Shown here in pieces: positions 35,178-36,161 of a DNA stretch of 36,161 bases (position 1 is the stretch's first letter; each line of letters opens with the position of its first letter). The DNA lies in the IMG/VR virus record IMGVR_UViG_3300002448_000161; one strand, written 5' to 3'. The notes beneath the pieces were generated by a model. That model had not been told where the DNA came from, ran no database searches, and saw nothing but the letters and a program-made list of their open reading frames with translations. The translations under genes and the position numbers were made by a program. The DNA is from a virus.

Positions 35178-36161
35178 CTAGCCGGGCTCGGTGAAGCTTT
35201 CCATGATGGCAATGGCGTCGGTGCTGTCCAGCTCCTCGTTGCCCCGGCAGATGGATATGGTTACGGCGTAGCCGCTTTCCTTTGCCGGGTGCAGCCGGGA
35301 CCTTGCGAGCTGTACCCTGGCGTTTTCCCGGCAGCTTCCCAGGTCGATCTGTCTGAGGAAGCTCACCCGGATTACGTTCTGGCCGTTGGAGTAGGTTCCG
35401 TATGCGCTCTGCTGGCTGTAGGTGGTCCAGTCTCCTGCCTTGCTCAGCAGCTCCCGCTGGATGTATCCGTCAGCGAAGCCCGCCAGGGAGGTTCCCTTGC
35501 TGACGTCGTACCGTTGCACGGTTATCCGGGTCTCGTCCTCCAGGTCGCTGGCTATGGTCATCCGCTCATCCTCGGTCCAGCTCACCCAGCGGGTGGGCGC
35601 CTTTATTTCGAAGCCGAGTGTTTCGCTGACGTAGGTCTCCAGCTCTCTTGGGACCCGGGTGGGCGTAGGCGTAGGTCCCGGCGTGGGCGGTACTTGTGTC
35701 GGTATCGCTGTTGGCGTCGGGCGGCGCGTTGCCGGTGGCGGCGTAGTTGGTGTCGGAGCCGTTGTTGCCGTGGGCAGCGCTGTCGCTGTCGGTTTGGGGG
35801 TCGCCGTTGGTTCCGGGGTTGCGGTGGCGTTCCGTAGCGCCTCTGCCACCGTTGTTGCCAGTGAGCTCTGCGGCACGGTGTGCTTTGTCCCGGCGTCTGA
35901 TTCCAGTTCCGCGGAGCGGCTGGTTACCGGCGGGGTAGTCCCTCGGTCCTCTGCCCTGGTACGGCTGTTCTGGAGCTCCTCGCGCCGTTCCTCCATCGCC
36001 CTTGCGATTTCGTCCAACCTGGTTTCCAGGTCGTCCGCGGCATCGTTTGGCGCGTCGGCTTGGTTTGTTTCAAGTACCGGCGTTGGCGGTTCGGGTGGCG
36101 GCACTGCGGTCGCCAGCGGTGGCAGCGGTACCTCTGTCGGCGGTTGCTCTGACGGCAGCAC
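35178..36161 (-). CDS. Probable exported protein with Pro/Thr-rich linker and PsbP-like C-terminal domain (5' end outside window)
   Basis: PTATP repeats followed by YVSETLGFEIKAPTRW...IMESF. Confidence 0.7.
   Translation of the reverse strand: MLPSEQPPTEVPLPPLATAVPPPEPPTPVLETNQADAPNDAADDLETRLDEIARAMEERREELQNSRTRAEDRGTTPPVTSRSAELESDAGTKHTVPQSSLATTVAEALRNATATPEPTATPKPTATALPTATTAPTPTTPPPATRRPTPTAIPTQVPPTPGPTPTPTRVPRELETYVSETLGFEIKAPTRWVSWTEDERMTIASDLEDETRITVQRYDVSKGTSLAGFADGYIQRELLSKAGDWTTYSQQSAYGTYSNGQNVIRVSFLRQIDLGSCRENARVQLARSRLHPAKESGYAVTISICRGNEELDSTDAIAIMESFTEPG

Noticed and set aside
35660-35830. Short tandem-like repeats
   Set aside because: Explained by the Pro/Thr-rich linker codons of the exported protein
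290-35938. Numerous long plus-strand ORFs in the track
   Set aside because: Antisense shadows of GC-rich minus-strand genes; only 16900-17386, 17470-17700 and 28631-29380 have independent support
1-36161. CRISPR array or Cas12 assignment for the RuvC proteins
   Set aside because: I found no repeat-spacer array or cas genes; size and motifs fit TnpB
1-36161. Cognate transposase (Y1 TnpA, serine recombinase, DDE) or reverse transcriptase
   Set aside because: No ORF shows these motifs; the only RNase H fold besides RuvC is a conventional RNase HI

Overview
GC-rich, densely packed, almost entirely minus-strand gene array that looks like a large phage, plasmid or integrated element. The host is probably Chloroflexota (inferred from DUF5679-like, Cys/HTH and FN3/SwmB-type proteins). 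Most genes are small hypothetical or Cys-rich proteins. Recognisable genes encode NADAR, RNase HI, a PfkB kinase, a SLOG/DUF2493 protein, a catalytically degenerate RNA-ligase-like protein, Gp37/Gp68 (DUF5131), SRAP and LigA. The stand-out system is a family of ~1.5-kb tnpB-only mobile elements: three complete copies (8959-10482, 12122-13619, 20080-21602) and a fourth cut by the left window edge. Unlike canonical IS200/IS605 or IS607 elements, each complete copy has 15-18-bp terminal inverted repeats and 6-7-bp direct repeats. Removing the element plus one direct repeat restores an interrupted ORF at two sites, so the repeats behave as true target-site duplications. The inverted repeats come in two co-varying types. 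A structured omega-RNA-like region lies at the tnpB 3' end, and a shared GNRCC motif precedes each duplication. No transposase is present in the window. All family calls come from motif recognition by eye; no database searches were run.
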